Shown: positions 26,896-40,219 of the stretch, piece by piece
Layout of the letters: every line of letters starts with the position of its first letter
Position numbering within the stretch: position 1 is the first letter of the stretch
Source of the DNA: Tubiluchus corallicola
Lineage: Eukaryota; Animalia; Priapulida
Reading direction: 5' to 3'
Length of the DNA stretch: 64,000 nt
NCBI GenBank assembly: GCA_030141605.1
Contig: JAQGDQ010000492.1
Location: 1 to 64,000, forward strand
Notes under the pieces: model-generated
Told to the model about the DNA's origin: nothing
Database searches by the model: none
What the model saw: the letters and a program-made list of their open reading frames with translations, nothing else
Position numbers and translations under genes: made by a program

Positions 26896-28800
26896 CTAGA
26901 ATGTGCTCAGTAGGAAGCAGATCTCTGCCAAAGCCGAACAATCCTAATGTTATTCGTCCGATTCTTTTAAATAAAAAATAATACAAAGCTAAACAAGCAA
27001 ACATGTTGTACTGAACACCCCTTTCACACTAAATGTAAGTAACTGTTGAAGCCAAGTTATGCGTCTGGCTGTAGACAAACCATCTTCTCTAACTGTTGAA
27101 GCCAAGTTATGCGTCTGGCTGTAGACAAACGGTCTTCTTTAACTGTTGAAGCCAAGTTATGCGTCTGGCTGTAGACAACCCGTCTTCTCTAGCTGTTGAA
27201 ACCAAGTTATGCGTCTGGCTGTAGACAAACCGTCTTCTCTAACTCTTGAAACCAAGTTATGCGTCTGGCTGTAGACAAACGGTCTTCTTTAACTGTTGAA
27301 GCCAAATTATGCGTCTGGCTGTAGACAAACCGTCTTCTCTAACTGTTGAAACCAAGTTATGCGTCTGGCTGTAGACAAACCGTCTTCTCTAACTGTTGAA
27401 ACCAAGTTATGCGTCTGGCTGTAGACAAACCGTCTTCTCTAACTGTTGAAACCAAGTTATGCGTCTGGCTGTAGACAAACCGTCTTCTCTAACTGTTGAA
27501 ACCAAGTTATGCGTCTGGCTGTAGACAAACCGTCTTCTCTAACTGTTGAAGCCAAGTTATGCGTCTGGCTGTAGACAAACCGTCTTCTCTAACTGTTGAA
27601 ACCAAGTTATGCGTCTGGCTGTAGACAAACCGTCTTCTCTAACTGTTGAAACCAAGTTATGCGTCTGGCTGTAGACAAACCGTCTTCTCTAACTGTTGAA
27701 ACCAAGTTATGCGTCTGGCTGTAGACAAACCGTCTTCTCTAACTGTTGAAACCAAGTTATGCGTCTGGCTGTAGACAAACCGTCTTCTCTAACTGCTGAA
27801 GCCAAGTTATGCGTCTGGCTGTAGACAAACGGTCTTCTCTAACTGTTGAAGCTAAGTTATGCGTCTGGCTGTAGACAAACCGTCTTCTCTAACTGTTGAA
27901 GGCATATTATGCGTCTGGCTGTAGACAAACCGTCTTCTCTAACTGTTGAAGCCAAGTTATGCGTCTGGCTGTAGACAAACCGTCTTCTCTAACTGTTGAA
28001 GCCAAGTTTTGCGTCTGGCTGTAGACAAACCGTCTTCTCTGCTCTTTTTCTGGTCCAGTTAGTTTAATCTCAAGAATGTATACATTATTTTTCGTCATTT
28101 TTTTAAAAATCTACTTCATATAATATGCCAATAAAAGTATTGTTTTTCTAGTACATCATATTATTGTTTCGTGGGTGAATGTCAGAAGACTGGTTGTCCT
28201 CCGCATCTGCTGGTACCGAACTAACCTGGGTAGTTTAAGCCCTTGACGGTGAGGTCCCGCCTGTAGTTCAATATACATTTATTGGCGTTATAGAGACTAG
28301 CGAAAAATTTACAAAATATTTTTTCACTAAATAAATCATTAATGCACGAGTGTTCCACATAGTGTTTATTTAAATCATACGTTCACTTAATTTTGGCGGT
28401 GGTAATAGAGTGACAAACATATATGTGCCAAGTCACTTTATATGCATATTAACAGGCAAAGGTTATAGACATTGTTATGCAGTTTTATAAGAAAAATTTT
28501 CTCGAAATGTAACCTGGAACTAAGCCGTAGTAGCATGCCCTGGCGGAGATAATAAAAAGAAACACTCCCTCTGAGGCCTCTGTGAATGGTTTTTGGTTTA
28601 TGGCGTTCGGTCTAGTTTTCCGAAGAAAACCGGCGAAAAGACTCCCCATTTTGGCACCCTCCTTTCCTCATAAAGTTTCTTGGAAATCTATCAGCTAATT
28701 TTTGAGTAATAGGCTTACTGCTACAACAGACAAAAACAACTAAATAAACAGACAAATAAAAAACAATCTGTGTTGAAGCACAAATTCCTTGGCAGAGGTT
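26896..28800 (-). mobile_element. Non-autonomous Helentron/DINE-1-like element (HINE) carrying a minisatellite
   Basis: The minus strand begins ACCTCTGCCAAGGA...(GTCTGT-like)...ATTACTCAAAAA and ends TTGGCAGAGATCTGCTTCCTACTGAGCACATTCTAG|TT (subterminal inverted repeat and CTAG end). The same ends recur at 47521-48704. Confidence 0.65.
27041..28040. repeat. Minisatellite, 20 x 50 bp (AACTGTTGAARCCAAGTTATGCGTCTGGCTGTAGACAAACCGTCTTCTCT)
   Basis: Near-identical head-to-tail units with no spacers, so it is not a CRISPR array. Confidence 0.97.
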
Positions 28801-29938
28801 AAAATAACCAAAATAACTCTACCCCATTGTAACCGTAGCCCTAAGCACATATACTACTAAGTGTGCCAGTTTTTTCATGTACCATTTTAAACGTGCCATT
28901 TTTTCCTGTGTCATCTTTCCCTGCCATTTTACATGTGGCATTTTTTATGTACAATTCCACTGTGCCACTTTTTCATGTGTCATTTTCACCTGTGCCATTT
29001 TTAACTGTGCCATTTTCACCTGTGTCATTTTTAACTACATTCATTATTTCGTTTTGAATTTTAGTGCGAGACGGAAAAAAGGCTATTGCTAGAGGTCTTT
29101 GGCAATTTGCAAAATAAAATCGCAACGAAATTACAAAATTTAGTTTTTAAAATCATGAAAGTTAAACAACTTTGCTTCTGGGAAGTAATCATTCCGAGGA
29201 ATACATTGATGCTTAAGTTATTATCTGGGCGCGTTATAACTTTTAGCGTTTCCTTTTATATTAATGGATTGTATTATCTGGGACTCTCTCTTGCCTGCCA
29301 ACGGGTATAATGTTCTTTTAATTACGAAGAGGTAGTGGAACAACTTTCTCTAGAAAAAACTTGCTTACCTAATTATGCCGAATGGAAACTACATTAAGTT
29401 TCCCCAATAGATACATCAACTCATTTTCTGAAGCTTGCTAGGTGCACAGGTGGCTAGGGTCTTGTAAGAATCTAGCACCCTCCTAACAATGAGTGTTTAG
29501 CAATTTTTTTGAGAGTTCCTCTATTAGTTGAAGTGGTCAAGGTTTTTCACAATAAAATGTCATGCAGATGATGTTACACGAGAGCCGAGGGTTAAGAGTG
29601 CTAATAACTTGACAGTCGCTTGACTATGCGGGTAAACACCGGGAATGATCAAAAACATGTAACAAGAATCATGCACCCCGGAAGTTGCTATAAAGAATGA
29701 TGGTGGGGATGATTGATGATGATGATGATGATGATGATGATGACGATGATGATGATGAACCTAAACCAGTGCGGTTAATAATGGTAAACCGCAAGTTAGT
29801 AACAGTAAAAGTTGCAAGCGTTCAGGAGGAGTGTGGTGAATCAGTTTCCTTTAACATAAAAAGAATCATCTTTTGTGCACACTAGCACTGATGGTTGTTT
29901 AGCGACACAAACAGGAAATAACATGTAGGGCATACGCA

Positions 29939-32900
29939 TGTTTATGCATTTTTAAAATAACCAATGAGAGGCAAGTATGTGTTAAACATAACTAGGTTAC
30001 CTGTGCCGATTTCACAGCTTGTACATATGCAAAACTAAACTGCTTCATCTCTTCACCTCGTAAAGAAGTATTTTAAGTTCAAATAACCCCAGTACTAAAA
30101 TATCGCAACATATTAATATTAATCTAATTGTTAAGAATAAAAATAAAACAGTGTTTATTTGGCTTGCGCAGGCATTCAAAATAAAAGATCAAGCTTGGAC
30201 AGTAATACGTCCGATAGTGCACGAAGACAGGGCGCTATCACAAAGCCCCCCCCCCCCCCACTAAAGATTATGGAAGATAATCTTTAAAAAAAGTACACTC
30301 TCCAGACTTGATGGAAACACAAACACAAATTAATAAATTTCGAATTTACATCAATTCGTCTTACATTACCCACAAAAGAATGATCATTTTATGCAAGATA
30401 ACTGCAATTGGAAATACACATATCACGTCAAGAAAAATGTTTACGCTAGATACTCCCACGAAAACAAAATTCACCTTACACCCTGGATAGGTCGTGGCGT
30501 AAGTAAACAGTCGTCGTCGTCGTCGGCTTTCACTCGTTTCCGAGTATTGTCCTTTCGGTCAAAGTTACTAGCTGTGGTGGGCACGTTGGTGGCTTAACAG
30601 CCCGATCCTTGCTCGAAACATTCTGGTGCATTTGTCACATTGGATGGTGGGAGTTACCTGAGGTTGACGGGGAAGTAAATAGTACTATACATGAAAGTAT
30701 CAATGAGAAGCCATTTACACACTTACTATAACTACAAATGATGAATGGAGATTTAATAACGTGAATTCACAGAAGAACATCAAGCGTTTTCTTGCATTTC
30801 CAAACAAATAAGAATCCAAGATTTGGACAGTTTTAACACGCCGATAAATAAAGTTTTACTAATTACAAGGGATAGGTATGGAAATATTCACGCTTTAAAG
30901 AAAACTCGACTCGAATTTAAATAAACAAATCAACCAAAATTATTTTAGTAAGATTTTATATTTACGGGACTACTTATTGGACGTAGAGTGTAAAGCTTGG
31001 CTGCATGCAAAAGAAACGTAGTATAAACTTATTATCAAAATGTATTAAAAGATGACTAAAGGCTCGTGCATCAGTTAAGTGTCTAAGCTGATTTTTTTGC
31101 TTTGTTGTCAACACCTCTGACATGCTCGATTTGGAACGAATATTCGGACAACTTCATTGCCCAATTACATAAGCGTCTGTTTCCTTTCCGAATCTTATTC
31201 AATGAGACCAGACTACGTTGGTCAGTTCGCCAAACGAATGTTCTACCTTCAAGATAGTAACGTAATTTCTCAACTGCATACACCACACTCAATAATTCTA
31301 ATTCTACTACCGAATACTTACACTCCGCTGGTGTTAACTTACGACTAAGGTAAGTAATTGGTACTTCCCCTAGTCCGTCTTCACGGTCTTGTGAAAGTAC
31401 GGCCCCTAACCCAACAAAGCTAGCGTCTGTTGTGCGTATGAACGTTTTTGAGAAATCAGGTGAGTGCAAAACTGATTCTGAAGTGAGGAGGGGGCTACCG
31501 TCGGCTGGGGCTAACAAGTTGTAGGTTGAAGGTTCTCCTTTTCCATGTTTCGCATGGGTTGAGTTTGGGGCTGTTTTTTCTTCACACCAGATTCAGCAGG
31601 AAGAGCAACGTCAATAGCGCCTCCTATGGTGTAAGATTTCTCTGTATCAGCTGGGTTTTCTAGCATCGTGCCATCTGAATCTGTCTCAACTGAACTTACC
31701 TTTTGCACAGCTACTCCAGCCGCCTTGAAAATTTGTTCAACAAAAATCCCATTTCTTTCCTTTGGATCAATTAATAAAGGCAACTCGTTAGTGATTACCT
31801 GTAATATTTCTTTAGTTTGGTCCATTAACCAACTTAAAGTAAACTTACCCTCGGCCATGCTACATGCTACTATGTTAATACAGTAAATACAGAAAAATTC
31901 AATACTAATATACTAAAGCGACCTTTTTAAAATTAAGCATAGAGAGTAACCTTGAATTATCAAACCATCAATCCCACACATTTTATCAAAGATACGTACA
32001 GTTCAATATGCGTACTGTTCAACGTAAAGCAAAATTGCTTACAAAACCGCAAAAACCGTTCTGCCACGATAAGGATTCCAGCACAAACACTTAGCAAAAT
32101 TCCGCGCCAGCAGAGCGTACTATTAGGCTTCCCCCTCCCCAGGTTTGTAAAGCAATGAAGCCAAACTTAATATGGAACAGGAGCGCAAATCTACTGAATA
32201 AGATCTAAAAAGATAGAATGTATAAGAGTAATACACAAAACAGGAAACTGTTAAACACGGAGCAACAATTCTGACACCATTTTGTGACGGCCCTTCCTAA
32301 AGCGCACGTTGAGGGTTCTGTGTTATTTTCCTAACGTGTAACGTCGTCACTGTTGTGATGTAATATTTAGAAGAAATTGACAATCTCTATTAGTTTAAAT
32401 AAACTGGGCATTAAATTCAATTGCTTTATTTAATTACAAATATAATATGCATGAAAAAAACTGTGCACAGATCATTGAAGCAAAACTGTACATGTGTGTA
32501 CGAAGCTACAAGCATACCGGTACCGGGTTTACCACGTCAGAGTTCCAATCCTGGCATTAACTGCGTCACCATTCCATTTCCATTCCATGAAGATGGTTTC
32601 ATCACTAGACCTAGTAAACGTATCTGCAACATTCCATTCTATTCCATGCGTTATCGATTCACACCATACCATCCGTCATTCGATTCCACCAAGTTCCGAC
32701 AGCCGCTGGCAGCTCACCTCAAGGACTACCACCCCTTCGCCTCACCACTGACACGATAGCTACAACTTCCTCGTGAGTCTAGCTTGCTCGACTCCGTCTG
32801 GCAACTTGCTGGGAGTCTCACCAATACAAGTCTAGATTAAGTTCCGTATTCCATTGGCCCTATTAACATGCCGTTTCTATTCCGTTTATATCATTTGAGG

Positions 32901-33383
32901 AAGTTCCACAATAGTATAAATCAAAACATCTCAATCAATCTCGTTAGAGATGTTCGAACTGAGCAGTGTGGGCAGACTTTAGACGTGCCTGCCACACGCA
33001 ACAATACGCTCAAAACCAAGTATCAACTGTATAGCTAGATCGAGAAATTCACTTCTCCACGATCTGTAGGAATCACCCGTGTTTATGCATTTTTAAAATA
33101 ACCAATGAGAGGCAAGTATGCTTTAAACATAACTAGGTTACCTGTGCCGATTTCACAGCTTGTACATATGCAAACCTAAACTGCTTCATCTTTTCACCTC
33201 GTAAAGAAGTATTTTAAGTTCAAATAACCCCTGTACTAAAATATCGCAACATATTAGTATTATTCTAATTGTTAAGAATAAAAATAAAACAGTGTTTATT
33301 TGGCTTGCGCAGGCATTCAAAATAAAATATCAAGCTTGGACAGTAATACGTCCGATAGTGCACGAAGACAGGGCGCTATCACA
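29939..33383 (-). mobile_element. Internally deleted Ty3/gypsy LTR retrotransposon: 5' LTR 33383-32283, PBS ~32279-32269, gag-like 31858-31511, RNase H ~31480-31083, PPT ~30262-30243, truncated 3' LTR 30242-29939
   Basis: 304-bp direct repeat 29939-30242 / 33080-33383. The full 1.1-kb LTR has TGTGA...TCACA ends followed by TGGTGTCAGAA (PBS). A G-run PPT precedes the 3' LTR. RNase H motifs TDASFVGLGAVLSQ..YLSRKL..YSVVELELLSVVYAVEKLRYYL..TDQRSL. Confidence 0.88.
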
Positions 33384-34404
33384 CTGTCTATAAGTTTTTA
33401 TTATATATGAATATATATAATGTTTTATATATAATGTTCATATAAATATATAGGAATATTTTGTTATATATGAATATAGCGATTAAAGCTAATTTGTTAT
33501 TTAAATACGCTTATTTGTCTGTCTGTTCTACCGTCACCAAATCAATAAACAAATGTCGACAAACACTATGTGGAATGATCCCACATTATTGATTGTAATT
33601 CTGTTTAATGGACAACATATTTTGTGACTTTTTTGATAGTCTATATAATAGGCCTACTTATACAGGTATATTTTTATATACTTGATGGTTTACCTTTGTT
33701 AAACGTTTTATTTAATCAAAAGAATCCAACGAATAAGTCCAAAATTGTTTGGTTTTGGCGGAGATCTGTTTCTGGCTAAGCGCATTCAATTCAATTCAGA
33801 TCTTTTTATTTTGGTAAAGTACACTATATAAAATTTGAAATGTTTAAAAGTCACTTGTTACTTTTAAAAATATATTAAAATTAAAAAGTACTAGTTACAA
33901 GAATCTAGCGGTTCATGAAATTTTTAGTGTAAAACTTGGCTGTATAAATGTAACTAAGGTGAGTTTTTACCCACGTGTCGTGCTCATTTGTATACCATTA
34001 TGTTTTTCATTCTTTCCTGTGCTCCAAGTTTTATTATCATAAAGCCCGCAACGTCTGTTACAGGCACTGGATAAACATAATTTTAAAATAAAAGCCTTCC
34101 TGGCAGGTAAACGCTTCAATTAATCCAGCAATGTCTTATCACGTGACACAACAATGTTGAAAACAATGACTGTATTTGAAGTTCTAAATAATTTTCTTGC
34201 TTTTGAACTAATCTTTTCTGTTACTGCTGTCAATCGAAACAGTGCAACACGCTCTGATGGCTCGTTCTTAACTATTACTTTACTACTGTCACATTTCTTA
34301 ACCTATGGATCATAGAAAATTAAGCAGAAACTCAGAGTATTCAAAAGAAACTTAATTTTGTAGGTTATCATTGCCACTGAACTGGGATCTACTGCAGGTA
34401 TATA

Positions 34405-36318
34405 ATGAAAGCATCAGATTCTGGATTTATCTCGCTGTTGTTATTTATTATACACAGTGAAGTTTATGGACAATTTGATGGTCGGTATGTCTATTATGAC
34501 GAGTTAAGCTATCATCACGAATTCCCAATAGGCATTTACACAAGTTTCCATGCAGATGGAGTGGTACAAGTCGGAGCACTAAATTTTAGCATCTACAGTA
34601 ATCCAAGAAACCATTACGAAGACGGACCCTGCAGTAGAAGAAACAAGAGCGAATGGCCGAGTACTTTCGAACTAGCGCACGAAGAGGATTTTACGATAGT
34701 ACTTAATATAGACTTCATAAATCTTGATTGTCCAAATGATTTTGTTGAAATAAAACAGATAAGCAAGAAAGATGAAACAAGAGTTGACAATTCACCCAAG
34801 ACTCTGTGCGAGTATCCGGATCCAGACAGACCTTTGTATTATCCATACAGTACACATCTTGACACTGTAGCTGTCACCTTTAAATCGGATGGAAAATACA
34901 CTAATCATACCGGGTTTAACATAACCGTCGATTATCTCCGTTTACCAGATGGTTGTACACAAACTTACTGCACTAATGGCAGCACTTGTGTGATACAACA
35001 AATTGGTGAAACCGGGAATATTCCCCTTTGTCAATGCCAACCAGGATTTTATGGAACGTACTGCGAAAAGAATCGAGACGAGTGCGGTTCTAGTCCTTGC
35101 CCATTCTATCAACAGTGTTTTGATGGTATAGATTCGTACTACTGCTTCTGCCCTTTTGGATTTTTTGGGGACTACTGTATGAACGAGACGAACGAGTGTG
35201 AATCTATGCCATGTCTAAATGGAGGAAGTTGTATGGACTTGATCGACGCTTATCGCTGTAATTGCGCTGAAGGCTATTCTGGTGCTATGTGTGAAACTGA
35301 TCTAGATGATTGCAAACCTTCACAATGCATGAACAATGCAACATGTACTGATGCTGTGGCTGGCTTTGAATGCACCTGCTCTTCAGGCTTTACAGGAGCA
35401 TACTGCGAAACTAACATTGACGACTGTGCTGGATCACCGTGTGTTGGAAGAACGTGTATTGATGGGATAAACTCTTATAAATGTATGTGTTTTGCTAATC
35501 AAACTGGAAAGAATTGCGAAACCACTCTCTACTGCTACAAGAAGCCTTGCGTGAATGGAGGAAGATGTTTGGAGCAGACGAATGGGTACTCTTGCAAGTG
35601 TCCTCCTGGATTCACCGGAAAAAAATGTGAAGTTGATATTAATGAATGTGCGTCCAATCCGTGCAGGAATGGTGGCAGTTGTTATGACTTCCTAAACGCC
35701 TACGAATGCATTTGTCCCCGCGGCTTTGATGGACAGAACTGTCAAATAAAAATTGATGAATGCAAATCTATGCCTTGCAGTTATGGTGGAACGTGTATTG
35801 ATGGCTTGGACTCCTTCAAATGTGAATGCGCGGCAGGATTTACTGGAATTACGTGCTCGACAAATATAAATGATTGTAAGAACCATCGTTGCAACAAAAG
35901 AGGCGGCAAGTGCATCGATGGTATCAATACCCACTCTTGCCTCTGCAGAGCTAGGTGGACCGGAAAGTACTGTGAAACGCTGGTGAAGGAAGGAACCTGT
36001 GATGTCTTCGGAAAACCTCCAGACAGAAAGTGTCCTGATTGGAAAGAATGCAAGGAAGACAACAACTGCAATGGCAAGGAAAAGTGTTGCAACTATCCAA
36101 AATGCGGAAAGCGCTGCTTTCCTGTTCAAGAAGGAGGTGAAGCAGCTCACTTCAGAGCAGACTCGGCAAGTAACGCTGCCAGCAACACTTTGGCACTTAC
36201 CGTTGCCATTGTCATCTTTGTGATGACGGTCTTGCTGCTGGTTGGCGTGGGAGTTTGGTATAGGAAATTCAGACCAGTAGAACCAGTAGCTGATTCCTCT
36301 CAACCAAATGAAGCTTAA
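34405..36318 (+). CDS. EGF cluster gene C: signal peptide + CUB-like + 9 EGF + WAP-like + TM + 18-aa tail (637 aa)
   Basis: Single ORF. LDCPNDFVEI..LC..VTFKSDG..HTGF; nine EGF units; WAP CDVF..CPDWKECKEDNNCNGKEKCCNYPKCGKRC; TM LALTVAIVIFVMTVLLLVGVGVWY followed by RKFR. Confidence 0.93.
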   Translation: MKASDSGFISLLLFIIHSEVYGQFDGRYVYYDELSYHHEFPIGIYTSFHADGVVQVGALNFSIYSNPRNHYEDGPCSRRNKSEWPSTFELAHEEDFTIVLNIDFINLDCPNDFVEIKQISKKDETRVDNSPKTLCEYPDPDRPLYYPYSTHLDTVAVTFKSDGKYTNHTGFNITVDYLRLPDGCTQTYCTNGSTCVIQQIGETGNIPLCQCQPGFYGTYCEKNRDECGSSPCPFYQQCFDGIDSYYCFCPFGFFGDYCMNETNECESMPCLNGGSCMDLIDAYRCNCAEGYSGAMCETDLDDCKPSQCMNNATCTDAVAGFECTCSSGFTGAYCETNIDDCAGSPCVGRTCIDGINSYKCMCFANQTGKNCETTLYCYKKPCVNGGRCLEQTNGYSCKCPPGFTGKKCEVDINECASNPCRNGGSCYDFLNAYECICPRGFDGQNCQIKIDECKSMPCSYGGTCIDGLDSFKCECAAGFTGITCSTNINDCKNHRCNKRGGKCIDGINTHSCLCRARWTGKYCETLVKEGTCDVFGKPPDRKCPDWKECKEDNNCNGKEKCCNYPKCGKRCFPVQEGGEAAHFRADSASNAASNTLALTVAIVIFVMTVLLLVGVGVWYRKFRPVEPVADSSQPNEA

Positions 36319-37109
36319 TTTAACTTAGATATTGTTTAAAGAAAACTTAAATAAGCTCTTATTAACCTTGAACGTTTTTTTCTAGTATTTCGTTATAAGT
36401 TTTTTCTAGTATTTCGTTGAAAGTTTTTTCTTGTATTTCGTTATAAGTTTAGTTTTATAGTTTACATTAAAATTGTCAGTTACTATTTTTCTACTATTTT
36501 AATAAAATTTATAAACAGTTGCAACTTTCATATAGTTTTATTGTTTTTCTTTCTATTTTATTAGTTGCTTGATTCTTTGGTAGCAAGGCCCTCACCAAGT
36601 GGACGATTGTAAGCAGAACCTGCTCAAGATCAGTGGTAATCTTTACTCACTATTCAGGCAGGCCTATGTTAGCGTAGAAAGCTCGTTTTTAGCAAAGCTA
36701 CGTCCACGTTTCCATTTATTTGTTATTTTGCATCACTACGAGTATTGCACTAATCAAAGACTAGTGTTAAATATTCTGCAACCTTTACGATGCTATTACT
36801 ATTCACTACACAATTTGCCAGTGCCCCCTCGTGTCCCTTGCCTAAAATTTCTAATGTTCAAGTGACCTAGAACTGTCGCAACGTTCCAGCTGAAGTAACC
36901 TCAGCTGTTTTCATTGTATAATTGAGTCGAACTAGTACTCAAGGGAGCTGCTGAACTCAAGATTGACGTCAATGCTGCCATCCTGAATTTAAAATGGCAA
37001 ATCGAAAATCCGACTGTGTCAGGCGATGGGGAATTTCTGCTAGTAGGAATCCATTGCAATTGCAAATTCACTGAGCCCTAGGATTTTTTCCAAAAAAGGT
37101 CATCCTCCA

Positions 37110-37790
37110 ACACATATTATTATTATTGACTTACTGACCATTAAAAATTACACAAGTTTACATTAAGAATCGGGCAGTAAAATCATTGCACAATTTAAAT
37201 CAAACATGTTACAACTGAAACACATTCATGTTAAAAAATCATTAATTAAACTACACTGCAGTCCAGGGATGAAATTTGAACTATCTACTTATTAAAGTTT
37301 GACATATTTTGAAATAATTGTGAGAGATAAATTAATGGTTCGCGTAATAATAGAACGATACTAATGAATATTCATAAATAGTTAATAAAATAGTATAGAT
37401 CAAGATATCTCCTAACATTTTAGTATCACATTCAAACAAGTCACCAATTGATGTTAAATCTAGTGTTGCACACTTACTATTCAATTCCGCGCTATGGGAA
37501 CAACAAAGAAAATGTGTTCCTCGCTTTGGATGGAAGAGTTACAGCTATGCGCTCCGTATGTAGACGGGTCTATCTGTGACGAAAGTTTAGCCCTCGTGAA
37601 AACAATCCTATTCCGTTCAGCTATAAAGTTCTCCCTAGAAACAAACAAGGGGTTAACTACTAAAGAACGGTTCATAGATTTGTATGTTTGAAACTTTGTT
37701 TCGGCCGCATCAGAAATTAAATTTAACCGCGCGCGTTTGGCATCCGCAACAATATCCATACAAACATTGGGTAGCACTCATTGGTGGCAA
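37110..37790 (-). mobile_element. Degenerate LINE 3' fragment, same type as 11230-11915
   Basis: TKFQTYKSMN..RIVFTRAKLSS..IQSEEHIFF parallels the 11540 ORF; short (AAT)n tail. Confidence 0.6.
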
Positions 37791-38344
37791 GATTTTTTGC
37801 CAGAAGTCAATCTGCCTAGCTAACATGTGATTACTGTGGGACAGTGAGTATTACATTTTCCTGAAACCCAACAGTCTTTAGACTGGCATTATCACCATTG
37901 TCTAGCACTTCGTCTCCTGGCAGCCAGCCGTACGGTTGTGAACATACAAGTTCCCTCAGTGACTACGGTTATTTATTCTTTTTTTTTGTTTAAAGGTTAT
38001 TACAACACATAAAAATTCCACATGAGGTTTAAAAATTAACTCTAAAAACTAAGAAATACTACACGTCATGCAGTATTAGAAGCTATAAAAATTTACAAAA
38101 AATATAATAAAAATATTTACAGAAATTAAAAATACAAACCATCAGTTAACGACTACATCCTCAATAAATCAATAAATCATGCCATCCTCTAAATGCTCTT
38201 CTACAACATACAAAAAGAATAACAACAACATTAGTAACAACAATAGCAACAACAGCAGCAGCAACAACAACCAACGTATAAAAAACAACAATAACAAACA
38301 ACAAAAGTAACAATGGTGAATGATGACACAATATATGATGAGTG

Positions 38345-38540
38345 TGATGGTGGTGGTGGTGGTGGTGGTTGAGGTGGTGGTGGTGGTGGTGGTGGTGGTG
38401 GTGGTGGTGGTGGTGGAGGTGGTGGTGGTGGGTGGTGGTGGTGTGGGTGGTGGTGGTGGTGGTGGTGGTGGTGGTGGTAATGGTGGTGGAGGTGGTGGTA
38501 AATATGGTGGTGGTGGTGTGGTGGTGGTGGTGGTGGTAAT
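38345..38540. repeat. (GGT)n microsatellite
   Basis: Seen directly. Confidence 0.95.
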
Positions 38541-39119
38541 AATCACAACAAAAGAGCGATCAAGAAACAGATATACAACAACTACAGTCACAAATAACAA
38601 ACAACAAACAATCTAGAAGGAAGCAAACAAAAAACGAATAAAAAATGCAACAATGTGAGTCCCTATAACTTGTTCGAGTAGGTTATATATAATATATTTC
38701 CATAATACTGTTCGGGGGTTCGACTCAGCCCTTTCGGCCCGCCATCGGTGATGTGGGTAAGCGCTGCATAACATACATTCAGAAATTTAGAAAAAAACAC
38801 AAAACCAAAACTTAGAAATCAAAAGGGACGACTGAGAAGAATAACACAAATAGAAAAAAAACAAAATCCGATGACAATGCTTCAAACCTTACGAAATCCA
38901 CGACACACTCGGCAGGCAGACAGGAGAAGTGCATTCCACAACAACCCGACAGACAACTGACGATGTCACGTGTTCGTTCTTTTCACAGGAAACCACTGCT
39001 CAACCAATCGTAGGTAATGTTATGGGCTTCCTAGTTTAAAGTGGAGCTCATGACAATACCTGTAGGTTGGTTGGCCTGGTGCCTATGGGTAGAACTGTAC
39101 AATGCACATTCACCTGTTC

Positions 39120-39590
39120 AGTTCAGTACCAAACTTTTCTTGAACCAAACTTTCTCTGTTCCGAATTTCCCACCACCAAACTTTCCTAGTACCAAACTTG
39201 TTCCGTACAATTTTACCTTGTACTATATTTACTTCTTCTACCAAAAATGCCTGGCAAAAACTTCGTTAGTACCATATTTACCAGTACCAAATTTTCTCTG
39301 TACCAATTTTCCTAGTGCCAAAATTACTAGCAAAAATTCCTAGTACCAAATTTTTTTTCGGTTCCAAAATTTTCATCGTACCTAAATTATCAGTACCAAA
39401 CTTACTTGTACAAAACGTTCTAGTTGAAACTTACCTGTACCAAACTTACTAGTACCAAATTTACCTGTGAAAAACTTACCTGTACCAAACTTACCTGCAC
39501 CAAACTTACTAGTACCAAACTTACCTGTGAAAAACTTACCTGTACCAAACTTACCTGCACCAAACTTACTAGTACCAAACTTACCGCGCA
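39120..39590. repeat. Degenerate ~15-bp tandem repeat (GTACCAAACTTACCT-like), probably part of a non-autonomous element
   Basis: Seen directly. Confidence 0.75.
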
Positions 39591-39754
39591 CTGTTCTTAA
39601 ACTTTAAACGCAATGGTACTTTAAAACGTTTATATTGTTTTATGCATATTGCAGAAGATGGCGTGTCATAAGCATAATGAAGAACTTGTAAAGATCAATG
39701 TTGCAAGTGATGTGGCTCTTGGTTAAGCTGTAGTTTGAGATTAATCCCTATGTA

Positions 39755-40219
39755 TTACTTTATAATGTTGTTACACGACGAACGAAATAGCAAAGTTTTC
39801 ACATTTTTTGAACAAGAGTTGCATTTAGTTAGTAACCTATTAGATCTAGCGCTTAGCAAACAATTCTGATAATTTATGTCTAACCCATCAGAAAGATCAT
39901 TAAAAAGTCCATGTTCCTTGGGCTTATTTTTATCACAGATTTTAGCACCGTCAAGAGTTACGCAGCCCTGAGTGATATGTCGCATATCATTCTGAATAAA
40001 GTATATACAATTCATTTTAGACTCAATAAAAATCAAGCCATGATTATTACCGTAGTCTGAACAAACATTTAAAGTACTTTGCAACGTTTGTACAGAGGAA
40101 GCTAATATATACAAGTCATCACCATATAAAATATGATTTATGCTAAGGTTACCCAATTTGCTAAAATAAAAAAATGCAGCACATTCAGAGATGCGCGGTA
40201 AAACTACTAAATCACACAT
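39755..40219 (-). mobile_element. LINE reverse transcriptase fragment
   Basis: INHILYGDDLYILASSVQTLQSTLNVCSDYG..LIF..SK matches the Y(A/G)DD active-site region of non-LTR RTs. Confidence 0.75.

Noticed and set aside
27041-28040. CRISPR-like appearance of the 50-bp array (also 12862-13280 and 61444-61770)
   Set aside because: Units are contiguous with no unique spacers, there are no cas genes, and the context is eukaryotic.
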